DNA from: a virus
Taxonomy: Duplodnaviria; Heunggongvirae; Uroviricota; Caudoviricetes
Strand: one strand, 5' to 3'
Length of the DNA stretch: 7,660 bases
Virus record (IMG/VR): IMGVR_UViG_2778261105_000004
Span: 1 to 7,660 of that record
A program made the position numbers and the translations under genes. Positions 1-6,488 of this stretch are shown here, piece after piece. Numbering within the stretch: position 1 is the stretch's first letter; each line of letters starts with the position of its first letter. The notes beneath the pieces were generated by a model, which saw nothing but the letters and a program-made list of their open reading frames with translations, was not told the DNA's origin and did no database searches.

Positions 1-419
1 TGCGTTGACTTCCCGTAGTCCCATTTACGCCCATTGTGCTCAAACGTGTAGTTCGCCGCTTCCATCGCATTACGCCACGCGTTTATTTCATCGCCCTTCA
101 TCCCTCGCGCTTTCTCCGCGGTCAGCAGGTCCGTGATTTTCTCCCCGTCAAAACCCCAGCGCCCGCTCAGGTCAATTTTCCGGTTCTCCGGGGTATCCGG
201 CACTTCTGCCACACTCTGGTTCACCGGCCACAGTAACGCAGTGTCCTTACCGTATCCCGTAATCACACCCCGGCTGTCATACACCACCTTCAGCGTCTCC
301 GGCGAAAACAACGCCTGACACTCATACCAGTCCTGACCATCCTCAGACTTCAGGTACATCGCGCCTGCAACATCCGGCTCCGCCGGGGTGTAATACGAAA
401 AATTTCTGATATGCATCAT
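1..419 (-). CDS. tfa: Tail fiber assembly protein (Tfa chaperone, Mu U / P2 G-like N-terminus); partial, C-terminus lies beyond position 1
   Basis: My own minus-strand translation from ATG 419..417 runs open to the window edge (about 139 codons): MMHIRNFSYYTPAEPDVAGAMYLKSEDGQDWYECQALFSPETLKVVYDSRGVITGYGKDTALLWPVNQSVAEVPD... This matches the remembered N-terminal pattern of P2 G / Mu U type assembly chaperones (MMHLKNI..., DGxNWYE, PDTxKxVYD, SVVEVPD). It lies directly downstream of stf as in lambdoid phages. It is not in the ORF track because it has no stop in the window. Confidence 0.7.
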   Translation of the reverse strand, partial: MMHIRNFSYYTPAEPDVAGAMYLKSEDGQDWYECQALFSPETLKVVYDSRGVITGYGKDTALLWPVNQSVAEVPDTPENRKIDLSGRWGFDGEKITDLLTAEKARGMKGDEINAWRNAMEAANYTFEHNGRKWDYGKST

Positions 420-640
420 GTTTCCGTGCCCTCCTCCGATACCGGCACCCAGACCGGCATTTTTTCCGCACCGACGCCCCGCTTCATACCTGCCGGTGCA
501 GCATCCGCTGCAAAGACTTTATACACCACATAATCCACCACAATACCGTCTTCCGGCCAGCGCCCTGCTGCCTCATAAACCGGCCGCAGGGACAGGGGAT
601 AAAACATATTCTCTGACGGTGAAAAAACATACTGTTCCAT
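416..640 (-). CDS. Small ORF (74 aa) resembling the N-terminal region of a second type of tail-fiber assembly chaperone; possible recombination remnant or small accessory protein
   Basis: ORF-track ORF MEQYVFSPSENMFYPLSLRPVYEAAGRWPEDGIVVDYVVYKVFAADAAPAGMKRGVGAEKMPVWVPVSEEGTET. It has a GAGGG SD 6 nt upstream of the ATG at 640..638. Its TGA (418..416) overlaps the tfa ATG (419..417) as ATGA, suggesting translational coupling. The motif FSxSENxFYP...YEAAGxWPxD...PxGxxRxxGxxGxPxW matches what I recall of the N-termini of one family of phage tail-fiber assembly proteins (memory, unverified). The ORF is in the same frame as stf, separated only by the stf TGA and three codons. Confidence 0.45.
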   Translation of the reverse strand: MEQYVFSPSENMFYPLSLRPVYEAAGRWPEDGIVVDYVVYKVFAADAAPAGMKRGVGAEKMPVWVPVSEEGTET

Positions 641-649
641 ACAATGCCC

Positions 650-2050
650 TCAGTATCCGATCGCTTCCCATGAAAACTTGCCGTAGCATCCCCTGACTGT
701 TATCAGAGTCACAGACACTAATGACGGATTCGACAGGGTATACATCTTAATGACGTTGGGGTCTCCCACTGCAGACACCTGAGCATTCAGAGCAGCAACC
801 GGAAAAGCGACAGGAAAACGGATAGAGTGTTGTGTCATAAGCTTACCATCATCCTCACTTACCTCAATACTGCCCCATTGCCGCAAACGACCGGTTACTT
901 CATCACGCTCCCAGCCATTTACTGTCAGGCTTGCTGTTGTGGGCTTGTTTTTTGTGCTGTAATCCACCCGCCAGTGAAAACGTTGTGTGTCTCCGTAAAC
1001 TGTACAGGTACAGACCGTGCCGTTCAGAAAACCATCGCCACCGTATTCGCCGATGGTGACCCGGACTATGGCTGCGTTATACGTCCCCATCACCTCAATG
1101 GCGCAGCCTCCCAGATTGAGTTTTCCCGGTCCGACATCCGTGATGACCTTATTAAATTCCGCAAGCAGTGATGCCTTCATCATCCAGTAAGGCTGGTCAA
1201 ATGCCCCCTTTTCTTTCAGCCTGGCCACAAACTCACTCGTGGTCCATTCACCGGTCTCCGTATGAATGTCCCGCCCGTATACTCTGGCTGCTCCCACGGT
1301 GTTCAGAAACTTCACCTTATCCGGGATATCGTCACCGTTTTTCGCTTTCTCCAGGCATCCGTCCGCTTTGTCCATTGCCGCTTTCACCGCTTTCGGGGTG
1401 GCTGCCTTCGTTTCATCATCACTGTCCGTTGCGCTGCTTAACTGCACAATTCCCTTCTGTGCCGTCGTCGCATCCGGTCCTCCCGGCTCGCCTTTTTCGC
1501 CCTTCTCTCCCCGTTCACCTTTCACACCCTGAAGCCCCTGTGGTCCTGTCTCACCACGCTCACCCTTTGGCCCACGCTCGCCGGTATCGCCTTTTGGCCC
1601 GGGAATACCCTGTGGCCCGGTGTCCCCCTTATCCCCCTTCGGTCCCCGCGCATTCTCTGCCCGTTTTTTTGCCTCCTCCGCACTGGCTGCGGACGCTTCC
1701 GCACGTTTCAGGATTTCCGCTGCCACCGCTTCCAGCTCTGCAAGGGCTTTCGGGTAATACTGTGCGTCTTCCAGGTCCATCAGATATTTATTCAGCGTTC
1801 CCGGTGCAGAATCCGCCTTCACCAGAATGTCACCCACATATGACGGCGCGTACCCTTCCGTGTTCAGCGTCACCCGGTACAACCCCGGCTCAACATCCAT
1901 ACTGTAACTGCCGGTTTCCCCCGGCTGACCATACGCCACCGTGGTGACAATCACCGTCTCCGTTGTGCGGCGCGCTTTCAGCTCTATCGTGCATCCCGGT
2001 ACCGCTTTTCCCGTACCATCCTTCAGCACACCCGATATTCTGACTGTCAT
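650..2050 (-). CDS. stf: Side tail fiber protein with collagen-like Gly-X-Y repeat (lambda Stf-like N-terminus)
   Basis: 466-aa ORF. The N-terminus [26 protein letters not shown]... resembles the lambda Stf N-terminus as remembered ([25 protein letters not shown]). It contains a Gly-X-Y repeat block ([55 protein letters not shown]) and the motif [12 protein letters not shown]...AATPKAVK that I also recall from lambda Stf. There is a GGGGGA SD upstream of the ATG at 2050..2048. Confidence 0.9.
   Translation of the reverse strand: MTVRISGVLKDGTGKAVPGCTIELKARRTTETVIVTTVAYGQPGETGSYSMDVEPGLYRVTLNTEGYAPSYVGDILVKADSAPGTLNKYLMDLEDAQYYPKALAELEAVAAEILKRAEASAASAEEAKKRAENARGPKGDKGDTGPQGIPGPKGDTGERGPKGERGETGPQGLQGVKGERGEKGEKGEPGGPDATTAQKGIVQLSSATDSDDETKAATPKAVKAAMDKADGCLEKAKNGDDIPDKVKFLNTVGAARVYGRDIHTETGEWTTSEFVARLKEKGAFDQPYWMMKASLLAEFNKVITDVGPGKLNLGGCAIEVMGTYNAAIVRVTIGEYGGDGFLNGTVCTCTVYGDTQRFHWRVDYSTKNKPTTASLTVNGWERDEVTGRLRQWGSIEVSEDDGKLMTQHSIRFPVAFPVAALNAQVSAVGDPNVIKMYTLSNPSLVSVTLITVRGCYGKFSWEAIGY
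1478..1645 (-). repeat. Collagen-like Gly-X-Y triplet-repeat coding block inside stf (about 19 triplets)
   Basis: Residues about 136-191 of the stf translation are uninterrupted G-X-Y triplets rich in Pro, Lys and Glu. The DNA here is a run of ggc/ccc-rich 9-nt periodic sequence on the plus strand. Confidence 0.8.
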
Positions 2051-2063
2051 GGATTTCCCCCAT

Positions 2064-2097
2064 AAAAAAACCGCAGGACCGGTTTCCCGGCCTGCGG
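2064..2097 (-). terminator. Rho-independent terminator (minus strand) ending the hok-like unit, immediately upstream of the stf SD and start
   Basis: Minus-strand reading is CCGCAGGCCGG-gaaa-CCGGTCCTGCGG followed by TTTTTTT (plus strand A7 at 2064..2070, hairpin 2071..2097). The GC-rich stem is about 11 bp with one bulge and a 4-nt loop, then a U7 tract, then atgggggaaatcc and the stf ATG. Confidence 0.6.
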
Positions 2098-2161
2098 TAA
2101 TATTTGTGGTTTGTTGGTGTTAAAACGGTGCCATCCGGCTGACCACCCTCAGCAACCGGTC

Positions 2162-2184
2162 GGCGGGGGATATTCTCCCCCGCC
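2162..2184 (-). other. Perfect 9-bp GC-rich palindromic hairpin 9 nt downstream of the hok-like stop codon (no U-tract)
   Basis: Plus strand ggcggggga (2162..2170), loop tattc, tcccccgcc (2176..2184). The arms are exact reverse complements. On the minus strand it follows TAA-gaaaccgtg and is not followed by a U run, so it is more likely an mRNA 3' stability or processing structure than a terminator. Confidence 0.4.
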
Positions 2185-2192
2185 ACGGTTTC

Positions 2193-2333
2193 TTACTGCT
2201 TACACTGTAAGAACGCCGCAATCTCCGCGCCCGCTATCCGGAACCGGAACTCGCACAGTGAAGTGTGGGTGATCCAGATAATGAGCACTACCGTGATACA
2301 AATCACGGTGGTTTTTAACGGTTTTTGCGACAT
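2193..2333 (-). CDS. hok: Hok/Gef-family type I toxin (46 aa small membrane peptide)
   Basis: My own minus-strand translation from ATG 2333..2331 to TAA 2195..2193 gives MSQKPLKTTVICITVVLIIWITHTSLCEFRFRIAGAEIAAFLQCKQ. It has a hydrophobic N-terminal helix (VICITVVLIIWI) followed by the SLCE-x-R...E-[IV]-AAF-[LM]-x-C signature that I recall as diagnostic for Hok/Gef/HokA-type peptides. The SD AAAAGGAG lies 9 nt upstream of the ATG and there is an in-frame TAA 6 codons upstream. The ORF is under 60 aa, so it is not in the supplied ORF track. Confidence 0.8.
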   Translation of the reverse strand: MSQKPLKTTVICITVVLIIWITHTSLCEFRFRIAGAEIAAFLQCKQ

Positions 2334-2486
2334 AAACGCTTGCTCCTTTTACGGAGAGGCGCTAACCTTTCACTTGCTTAGGATGAATGGTCAGGCCTCG
2401 GGTTAAACATGAATGTTTGTCCGGGGCCTTTTCACATCCGGCCTTCAGGTGTTCCCTCCGGCCATCAGCCAAAGGCACCCGCGCAT

Positions 2487-2515
2487 ACTGTACGGTTTTT
2501 GTCTCCTTCCGGCAA
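2487..2515 (-). promoter_or_regulatory. Candidate sigma70-like promoter for the hok-like transcript (TTGCCG - 17 nt - TACAGT)
   Basis: On the minus strand, TTGCCG (2515..2510), a 17-nt spacer, then TACAGT (2492..2487), located 17 nt downstream of the J stop codon. This predicts a leader of about 150 nt and an mRNA of about 415 nt ending at the 2064..2097 terminator. The hexamers match consensus only 4/6 each, so confidence is low. Confidence 0.3.
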
Positions 2516-2531
2516 TCCCGGGGCGCGATGT

Positions 2532-5500
2532 TCAGCGGATACTGATCCCCGCGCTGTTTTTCTTCACCACTATCGCCTGAAGGTTACTGATACGTGAACT
2601 GCCAAAACTCCCGTTCTGACGTCGTGAACTTACGGTAAAACTCAGGGTGATATGACCATGACCGGCTGGCATATCGATGATCCCGCTGAAAATTCCCGGC
2701 TCTGTCACTGACCTGCCTGAATAAATCCGGCGTCCGTTCTGATCAACATGCAGGAAGCACTCTGTCCAGATGTCATTACTGGTGCGGGATTCCTGTTTTG
2801 ACCCGACATAGATTATCGGCGGGATTATAATCTGCCGGTCAAAGCTGTGATCGTCATACACCGTCAGCGTTCGTGTACCGTTCGCAAGGTAACTACCATC
2901 CACCGGAAAAGCCACCCCTGCACATTTCACAAGATCACCAATAATGTTCTCCGCTTTCAGCGTGCCATTTATCGTACAGTTCTCCGCTATCACGACATTA
3001 TTCAGCGTGCCCGAGTTCGCACTGATATGTCCGCTGATGTCCGCATTGCGGGCCGTCAGCCTGCCCTCCGGCGTCAGGGAGAACGTCGGGGGATTGCCGG
3101 ACGAGGTGATGCTCACCGCAAACAGTCGCTTCAGGAACACATCGTTCATGAACAGCTGATTCCCCTGCGCCACAAACAGCGGCGTGGTGTTGCCGTTCTC
3201 CGGGTTAATCATCGCGATACGGTCCGCCTGCAGCAGTATATTGCTCAGGGGCTGGCCATCAGCATCCTCAATCCCCGCACCAATACCGGCAACATACGGA
3301 ATGCCGTTTTTTGTTTTCTGCACCTTCAGCATGTACAGCGCAGCCAGGTCGTTATTTGTGTCTGTCTGCACCCGCTGTATCTGCTGTATGGTGGCGCTCT
3401 GGTCTTCCAGGGTTTTACTGACCGTCTGCGTGATTTCATTGCGGGTTTCTGTGATGGTGGTCTTCATCTCCGCCATCTCATCATCAAGCTGGCTGTTATC
3501 AATCAGCTCCCACATCCCCTGTGCCAGATGCAGTTTTCCTATCTTTTCCCGAAACAGCCCCAGATACCCTTCCGCATCATTGCTGGCCCGGCCACTGGCT
3601 TCCACAAACGCAGATTTCCCCACCAGGTTGACGCTGCGCACATAAAACCAGAAATCCTTCCCCGGCTTAATGTGCGGGCCGGAGACACTCCACTGGCTGC
3701 CTGTCCCCAGATAACGGGCAGAGGTTTCCACCTGAGATGTGTCTGCGATTTTTGCCTCCGAAAACCAGAACTCAAATTGTACCGTCGGGTCATACACCGT
3801 AAGATGCGGGACCGCCGTTATCTGATAATACCCCGGCGTCAGTTCAATGCTGGCCGGTGCTGCCGGTGCGTTAATCCGGAACGTGGTGGTGGCAGGTTCG
3901 CCCTGCTGGCCGTAGCTGTTTATCGCCCTGACCGTCAGGGTGTATTCCCCGGGCGGCAGGCCACTGAAACGGTGCTCCGTGTCGGCAGTGATAGCGCTGG
4001 TCACCAGGCGGCTGTTTTCACCACTGCCACTGGTCAGGCGCAGACTGAAGCGCACGCCCTTCACCACCCGCGGCGTGTCCCATTTCGCCAGCGCCAGATA
4101 CTGGCCGTCTGAGGCACTCACCTCCACCGTGAGGTGCTGCACTGCCGGCGGGATGACGCTGTTCAGTGAACCGGTGAGCGGCTCAAAGGTGGCCCCGTTA
4201 TCCACGATGGCTTCTTTTTCCGGTACGTGCTGCACTGCCGTGATGGCAAAGGTGCCGTCCGTGTTTTCCCGGATGGAAACACAGCGGAACAGGCGACGAC
4301 GCAGTGACGGCAGGGAGAGTCCCCACACACCGTATGTCTCCACGCCATCAGGCAGGACGCTGACCTGTATCCGGTCAGGGGCGGGGTGTGCAGTGATGTC
4401 CACGCGCACCGGCTTACCGCTGCCGTTAATCAGGTTCACCGTCGATGTCCCTGCTTCCGGCAGTATCACCTCACGGTCCAGCGTCAGGGTACGGCTGGCG
4501 GCATCGATGGACAGGATGCGTCCACCGGTCAGGGTCCCGGCGTAGTCGTTATCACAGATTTCAATGATGTCACCGGGCGTGTGCCGCAGCCCCTGTGACC
4601 CGAGCGTGAAATCCACCGTCTGCGTTTCCAGCAGTTCTGTCTTTATCACCCACAGTCCGGCACGGTGGGCCTGACCGCGGCTGGTACAGCCGAACGCATC
4701 CATCTTCAGCAGATTGCGCCCGTAGCGCAGGATGGCGTCCGGGTCTTCCACCAGTTCCGTGGAGGTCTGCCAGCCGTTCTGCGGGTCGGTGTAATTCACC
4801 TCCACCGCCGTGTGCCGGTCCTTCAGGGCACTGAAGCTGTAGCGGAACCCCACGCCGTTATCATCCACCACCACATCGCTGTTGGTGTACGGCCACACCA
4901 CATCCGACGGACGGTCCTGAACGAACGTCAGCGTCTGGCCGTTCCATACCGGCATACAGCGCATCGCCGAGCAGAAATCCCCCAGGACATCCCACACCTT
5001 ACGCTGCTGTGACAGGTACGCATTGAAAGTCATCCGCGGCTCTGTTCCCCCGAAACCATCCGGGACCGTCTGGTCACAGTACTGCCCGATGGCATACAGT
5101 GCCCACTTGTCCACGTCCGCCGCCCCCAGGCGTTTTCCCATCCCGTAGCGCGGGTGGGTCAGCATGTCCCACAGGCACCAGGCCGGGTTATTGCTGTATG
5201 CCGGTTTCAGACTCCCGTCCCAGATACCGCTGTAGGTGCGTTTTTCCGGGTCATAGTTTGACGGCACCTGAATGATGCGACCACGGATATGGTAGTTCAC
5301 CGTCAGCTGCTGGCCACCAAACTGCTCCGCATCCACCTGCAGCCCCACAATCGCCGTGTTCGGGTAGCACTGTTTCACATCGATGATTTCGGTGTATGAC
5401 GACCACAGCGTTCTGTTCTGCAGCTGGTCCGTGGTGCTGTCCGCCGTCACCCTGACCATCCGGATGTTAAAGGGGCGCTCAGGGAGATTATTCAGAATCA

Positions 5501-5999
5501 CCGACGTCAGGTACTGCGAGGTGGTCTTGCCGTTAATGGTGACATCCTTCTCCGTCACCCAGTGCCCGTTACGCTCAAGCTGAATCAGCAGGCGGACAGA
5601 AGAGGGATTACGGTCACCCTTTGAGGTGGTCTCCACCAGTGACTGTACCCCGAAGGTGACCCGCAGACGGTCAATGTTCGCTGACGTGATGGTGCGCGTC
5701 ACCGGCTTTGCCTTCGTCACCTCCACGCCCAGTGCGGTTTCCGCCCCGGAGGACTCAAAGCCTTCCGGCGGTGTCTGCTCCTGCTCCCCGGCACGCCAGA
5801 CGGCGGTCACACCGTGTATCACGGGATTACCGTCCGTGTCCGTCAGCGGGGTTTTGTTCACCAGAATACTCTGCAGTCCCTTCACCGGACCTTCCACCGG
5901 TCCCTCACCAATGGCATCAATCACGCTCATCATCTGCGTGGATTTGAGATTGTCCTTCGCCTCACTCGGTGTGTGCCCCTTGCCGCCCCCTTTACCCAC
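2532..5999 (-). CDS. J: Host specificity protein J (tail tip / central tail fiber protein)
   Basis: 1155-aa ORF. The N-terminus (M)[36 protein letters not shown]... and long internal stretches (e.g. [95 protein letters not shown]) match lambda J as I remember it. The initiation codon is GTG (5999..5997), preceded by the SD GGAGAGGGGGA. It lies immediately downstream of I and upstream of stf. Confidence 0.95.
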   Translation of the reverse strand: MGKGGGKGHTPSEAKDNLKSTQMMSVIDAIGEGPVEGPVKGLQSILVNKTPLTDTDGNPVIHGVTAVWRAGEQEQTPPEGFESSGAETALGVEVTKAKPVTRTITSANIDRLRVTFGVQSLVETTSKGDRNPSSVRLLIQLERNGHWVTEKDVTINGKTTSQYLTSVILNNLPERPFNIRMVRVTADSTTDQLQNRTLWSSYTEIIDVKQCYPNTAIVGLQVDAEQFGGQQLTVNYHIRGRIIQVPSNYDPEKRTYSGIWDGSLKPAYSNNPAWCLWDMLTHPRYGMGKRLGAADVDKWALYAIGQYCDQTVPDGFGGTEPRMTFNAYLSQQRKVWDVLGDFCSAMRCMPVWNGQTLTFVQDRPSDVVWPYTNSDVVVDDNGVGFRYSFSALKDRHTAVEVNYTDPQNGWQTSTELVEDPDAILRYGRNLLKMDAFGCTSRGQAHRAGLWVIKTELLETQTVDFTLGSQGLRHTPGDIIEICDNDYAGTLTGGRILSIDAASRTLTLDREVILPEAGTSTVNLINGSGKPVRVDITAHPAPDRIQVSVLPDGVETYGVWGLSLPSLRRRLFRCVSIRENTDGTFAITAVQHVPEKEAIVDNGATFEPLTGSLNSVIPPAVQHLTVEVSASDGQYLALAKWDTPRVVKGVRFSLRLTSGSGENSRLVTSAITADTEHRFSGLPPGEYTLTVRAINSYGQQGEPATTTFRINAPAAPASIELTPGYYQITAVPHLTVYDPTVQFEFWFSEAKIADTSQVETSARYLGTGSQWSVSGPHIKPGKDFWFYVRSVNLVGKSAFVEASGRASNDAEGYLGLFREKIGKLHLAQGMWELIDNSQLDDEMAEMKTTITETRNEITQTVSKTLEDQSATIQQIQRVQTDTNNDLAALYMLKVQKTKNGIPYVAGIGAGIEDADGQPLSNILLQADRIAMINPENGNTTPLFVAQGNQLFMNDVFLKRLFAVSITSSGNPPTFSLTPEGRLTARNADISGHISANSGTLNNVVIAENCTINGTLKAENIIGDLVKCAGVAFPVDGSYLANGTRTLTVYDDHSFDRQIIIPPIIYVGSKQESRTSNDIWTECFLHVDQNGRRIYSGRSVTEPGIFSGIIDMPAGHGHITLSFTVSSRRQNGSFGSSRISNLQAIVVKKNSAGISIR

Positions 6000-6040
6000 T
6001 CTGTCCCCCTCTCCTGTCTGATGTCTGAATCTGTTTATGC

Positions 6041-6073
6041 CAGAAAACGACAGGCACCCCGGAGGGTGCCTGT
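6041..6073 (-). terminator. Candidate minus-strand hairpin with U-tract (attenuator or partial terminator) about 40 nt upstream of the J start
   Basis: Minus strand reads ACAGGCACCC-tccg-GGGTGCCTGT, a perfect 10-bp GC-rich stem with a 4-nt loop (plus strand 6050..6073), followed by CGTTTTCTG. The U-tract is interrupted, so termination efficiency is uncertain. Confidence 0.35.
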
Positions 6074-6099
6074 GTCATGACGGAATAAAATTTCTGAAA

Positions 6100-6138
6100 T
6101 TCTTCACATTTCCGGCAATTGCCTGTAGCCACTATAAT
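6100..6138 (+). promoter_or_regulatory. Unit A promoter-like element: conserved box TTCTTCACATT plus -10 hexamer TATAAT 33 nt downstream
   Basis: Box 6100..6110 and TATAAT 6133..6138 on the plus strand. The same box and a TATCAT hexamer occur at the identical 33-nt offset in unit B, although the intervening 22 nt are diverged. There is no good -35 (TTCCGG), which suggests an activator-dependent or non-canonical promoter. Confidence 0.35.
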
Positions 6139-6144
6139 GACGCA

Positions 6145-6247
6145 GCGTTACAGTTTTTTTGCTCAATAAAAGCAATAATTATCAGACCTCCTTAAGGTGA
6201 CTATTCGTCTCCCGTCAGTATCCGGCGATATTACGGGAGATTTTTTT
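6145..6247 (+). ncRNA. Candidate small RNA A (about 100 nt), antisense to the tail operon, in the I-J intergenic region
   Basis: Predicted start about 7 nt after the TATAAT. The 5' region GCGTTACAGTTTTTTTGCTCAATAAAAGCAATAA is conserved with unit B. It contains an anti-SD-like CCTCCTT and ends at a strong intrinsic terminator. There is no plausible ORF with an SD on this strand. Confidence 0.35.
6208..6247 (+). terminator. Rho-independent terminator of unit A (plus strand)
   Basis: TCTCCCGT-c-AGTATC-cggc-GATATT-ACGGGAGA (about 14 bp of stem with one bulge and a 4-nt loop, 6208..6240) followed by TTTTTTT (6241..6247). Confidence 0.7.
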
Positions 6248-6339
6248 GCTTCAGCCACACCACAACATCCTGCTCATTTACGCCACTGGTACCCTGGCGG
6301 TCATCCGTTCTGTAAACCTGCGACAGAAAAAGTCTGAAT

Positions 6340-6378
6340 TTCTTCACATTTTCTGTACGTTCCCGTGGCAGATATCAT
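6340..6378 (+). promoter_or_regulatory. Unit B promoter-like element: conserved box TTCTTCACATT plus -10-like hexamer TATCAT 33 nt downstream
   Basis: Box 6340..6350 and TATCAT 6373..6378, the same box-to-hexamer distance as unit A. The flanking GTCTGAATTTCTTCACATTTT is conserved with unit A (TCTGAAATTCTTCACATTT). Confidence 0.3.
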
Positions 6379-6384
6379 TCCGGG

Positions 6385-6484
6385 GCGTTACAGTTTTTTC
6401 GGGTCAATAAAAACAAAACTCCTTGAACGTTAATCTTCATCGGTTCTGTCCCGCAGCTCCGCTAACTCTGCGGGATTTTTTTTT
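6385..6484 (+). ncRNA. Candidate small RNA B (about 100 nt), paralog of unit A, antisense to the tail operon
   Basis: The conserved 5' region GGCGTTACAGTTTTTTCGGGTCAATAAAAACAAAACTCCTT aligns with unit A. It ends at a strong terminator 5 nt from the I stop codon. There is no plausible coding capacity. Confidence 0.35.
6449..6484 (+). terminator. Rho-independent terminator of unit B (plus strand)
   Basis: TCCCGCAG-ctccgctaact-CTGCGGGA (8-bp GC-rich stem, 6449..6475) followed by TTTTTTTTT (6476..6484). Confidence 0.7.
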
Positions 6485-6488
6485 ATTT

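Noticed and set aside
36-318. Plus-strand ORFs 36..236 and 133..318
   Set aside because: Antisense to the tfa coding region, which has a clear chaperone-like translation on the minus strand.
1664-1670. A7/T7 homopolymer inside stf (codons AKKR) just upstream of the collagen repeat as a slipped-strand phase-variation site
   Set aside because: A 7-nt run encoding Lys-Lys is common by chance, and the flanking frame is intact. There is no evidence of variation from a single sequence.
1168-1947. 259-aa plus-strand ORF (also 827..1171 and 1266..1532) inside stf
   Set aside because: Antisense to stf. The Pro/Ser-rich translation is the reverse-complement artefact of the Gly-X-Y collagen repeat and surrounding GC-rich codons.
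1890-2186. 98-aa minus-strand ORF spanning the stf start and the upstream terminator
   Set aside because: It overlaps the stf N-terminus out of frame and runs through the intrinsic terminator and hairpin; there is no SD and no recognisable protein features.
2100-2531. lom-like outer membrane protein gene between J and stf
   Set aside because: No ORF of suitable size (about 200 codons) exists in the 480-bp gap on either strand; the position is occupied by the 46-codon hok-like gene instead.
2409-2597. 62-aa plus-strand ORF across the J stop and hok leader
   Set aside because: Antisense to the J 3' end, no SD, no recognisable features; more likely non-coding leader or antisense sequence.
2847-4112. 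421-aa plus-strand ORF (and smaller plus-strand ORFs at 2944..3159, 3184..3645, 3940..4545, 4386..4598, 4665..5012, 5383..5583, 5626..6021, 5708..5947, 5814..6080) inside J
   Set aside because: They are antisense to a well-supported 1155-aa J gene, lack SDs, and give low-complexity Arg/His/Pro-rich translations typical of the non-coding frames of a GC-rich gene.
6093-6484. CRISPR array or diversity-generating retroelement template/variable repeat pair
   Set aside because: There are only two copies, about 240 bp apart, imperfect and each about 150 bp; there is no short exact repeat-spacer periodicity, no reverse transcriptase gene in the window, and the repeats are not inside the J or stf coding regions.
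6000-6488. Possible protein-coding gene in the I-J insert (e.g. minus-strand 21-codon ORF MKINVQGVLFLLTRKNCNAPE at about 6378..6443, or the TTG-initiated ORF after AAGGAGGT in unit A)
   Set aside because: The two tandem units do not preserve any reading frame between them (the unit A equivalent hits a stop immediately), and start-codon and SD spacing are poor. A non-coding function fits the conservation pattern better.
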